A stretch of 64,000 nucleotides of DNA from positions 32,001-96,000 of the forward strand of contig CAXMWX010000009.1 in assembly GCA_963422205.2 (NCBI GenBank), in the 5' to 3' direction. The notes under the pieces are model-generated. The model had not been told where the DNA came from. It worked only from the letters and a program-made list of their open reading frames with translations, and did not search any database. The position numbers and the translations under genes were made by a program. Within the stretch, counting starts at the first letter, position 1. The number at the start of each line of letters is the position of its first letter. Shown in pieces: positions 63,110 through 64,000 of this stretch. This DNA is from Gammaproteobacteria bacterium (lineage in GTDB: Bacteria; Pseudomonadota; Gammaproteobacteria; Eutrophobiales; Eutrophobiaceae).

Positions 63110-64000
63110 CTATGTGTTACTCCCCGTGCCTGTGCCAGCCACCTCCAGGCGGCGCGTGATCTGCCATTGCTGGGCGATGGAGAGGATGTTGTTCACTACC
63201 CAGTACAACACCAGCCCGGAAGGGAAAAAACCGAAGAAAATGGTGAAGGCGAAGGGCATGATCGCCAGCACTTTCTGCTGAATGGGATCCATGGGCGTGG
63301 GGTTGAGCCGCTGCTGTATCAACATGGTAACGCCCATCACTATCGGCAGCACCCAGTACGGGTCGGGGCTGGATAAGTCGTTGAGCCAGAGGATAAAATC
63401 CGCCTGGCGTAATTCCACGCTCTCCAGCAACACCCAGTACAGGGCAATAAAAACGGGGATCTGCACCAGAATAGGCAGGCAGCCGCCAAAGGGGTTGATC
63501 TTCTCTTCCTTGTACAGCCTCATCATGGCCTGGTTCATGCCGTTGCGATCCTCTTTGTAACGCTCCTTCATCGCCATCAGGCGGGGCTGCAGGCGGCGCA
63601 TGTTCGCCATGGAGCGATAGCCTGCCGCCGACAGCGGAAAGAAGACGATCTTCAGCAACACGGTGACTAAAATAATAGCCCAGCCCCAGTTGCCCGTCAG
63701 CTCATGAAACTGCTGCAGGCACCAGAACAGCGGCTTGGCAAGAAAGAACAACACGCCGTAATCCACGGTCAACTCCAGGCTTTCACCGGCCTCAGCCAGT
63801 TGATGCTGTAGCTTCGGCCCGACATAGATGCGGCTGCTGAGGCGTCCCTGTGACTGCGGCGCCACCTCCCACGGCGGGGACAACGTCCTGACCAGATAGC
63901 GATCATTACCGAGCGCCTTGCTGGAGAACTGATAGGCGACATCGGTCACTGTCGGCACGATGGCCGAGACAAAATAATGCTGGATCATGGCCGCCCAGCC
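63110..64000 (-). CDS. yidC: Membrane protein insertase YidC (5' part outside the window)
   Basis: VDYG, GNWGWAII, NPFGGCLPILVQIP, DLSSPDP, GLVLYW. Confidence 0.96.
   Translation of the reverse strand, partial: GWAAMIQHYFVSAIVPTVTDVAYQFSSKALGNDRYLVRTLSPPWEVAPQSQGRLSSRIYVGPKLQHQLAEAGESLELTVDYGVLFFLAKPLFWCLQQFHELTGNWGWAIILVTVLLKIVFFPLSAAGYRSMANMRRLQPRLMAMKERYKEDRNGMNQAMMRLYKEEKINPFGGCLPILVQIPVFIALYWVLLESVELRQADFILWLNDLSSPDPYWVLPIVMGVTMLIQQRLNPTPMDPIQQKVLAIMPFAFTIFFGFFPSGLVLYWVVNNILSIAQQWQITRRLEVAGTGTGSNT

Overview
Chromosomal window of a GC-rich gammaproteobacterium, possibly host-associated (inference). The housekeeping backbone is tRNA-Lys, aspS, nrtR-nadA, yebC-ruvCAB-ybgC-tolQRAB-pal-cpoB-queC, murU, yrbG-kdsD-(kdsC relic)-lptCAB-rpoN-hpf-ptsN-hprK-rapZ-EIIA-ptsH-ptsI-mgtE, polA, hisAF/IE-tatABC, ilvE, LPS genes, mnmE and yidC. 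Five accessory inserts interrupt it. (1) A defence operon 3' of tRNA-Lys, in which an ABC-ATPase + TOPRIM (PARIS/OLD-like) pair and an ORF6N gene sit between an EcoRI-family MTase and a DUF262 nuclease; a 40-bp relic of the nuclease gene marks the insertion. (2) A NERD-SF1 helicase. (3) A ~6.3-kb RTX-like autotransporter, broken by frameshifts, flanked on both sides by DUF1640/CCDC90 genes and followed by REP-like palindromes with nested hairpins. (4) A putative Type II RM pair. (5) An unknown membrane protein plus an internally deleted M.EcoRV homolog inside the his operon. Several single-base homopolymer frameshifts (rpoN twice, rapZ) suggest long-read errors, so other frameshifts need caution. 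Family calls come from motif recognition only; no searches were run.
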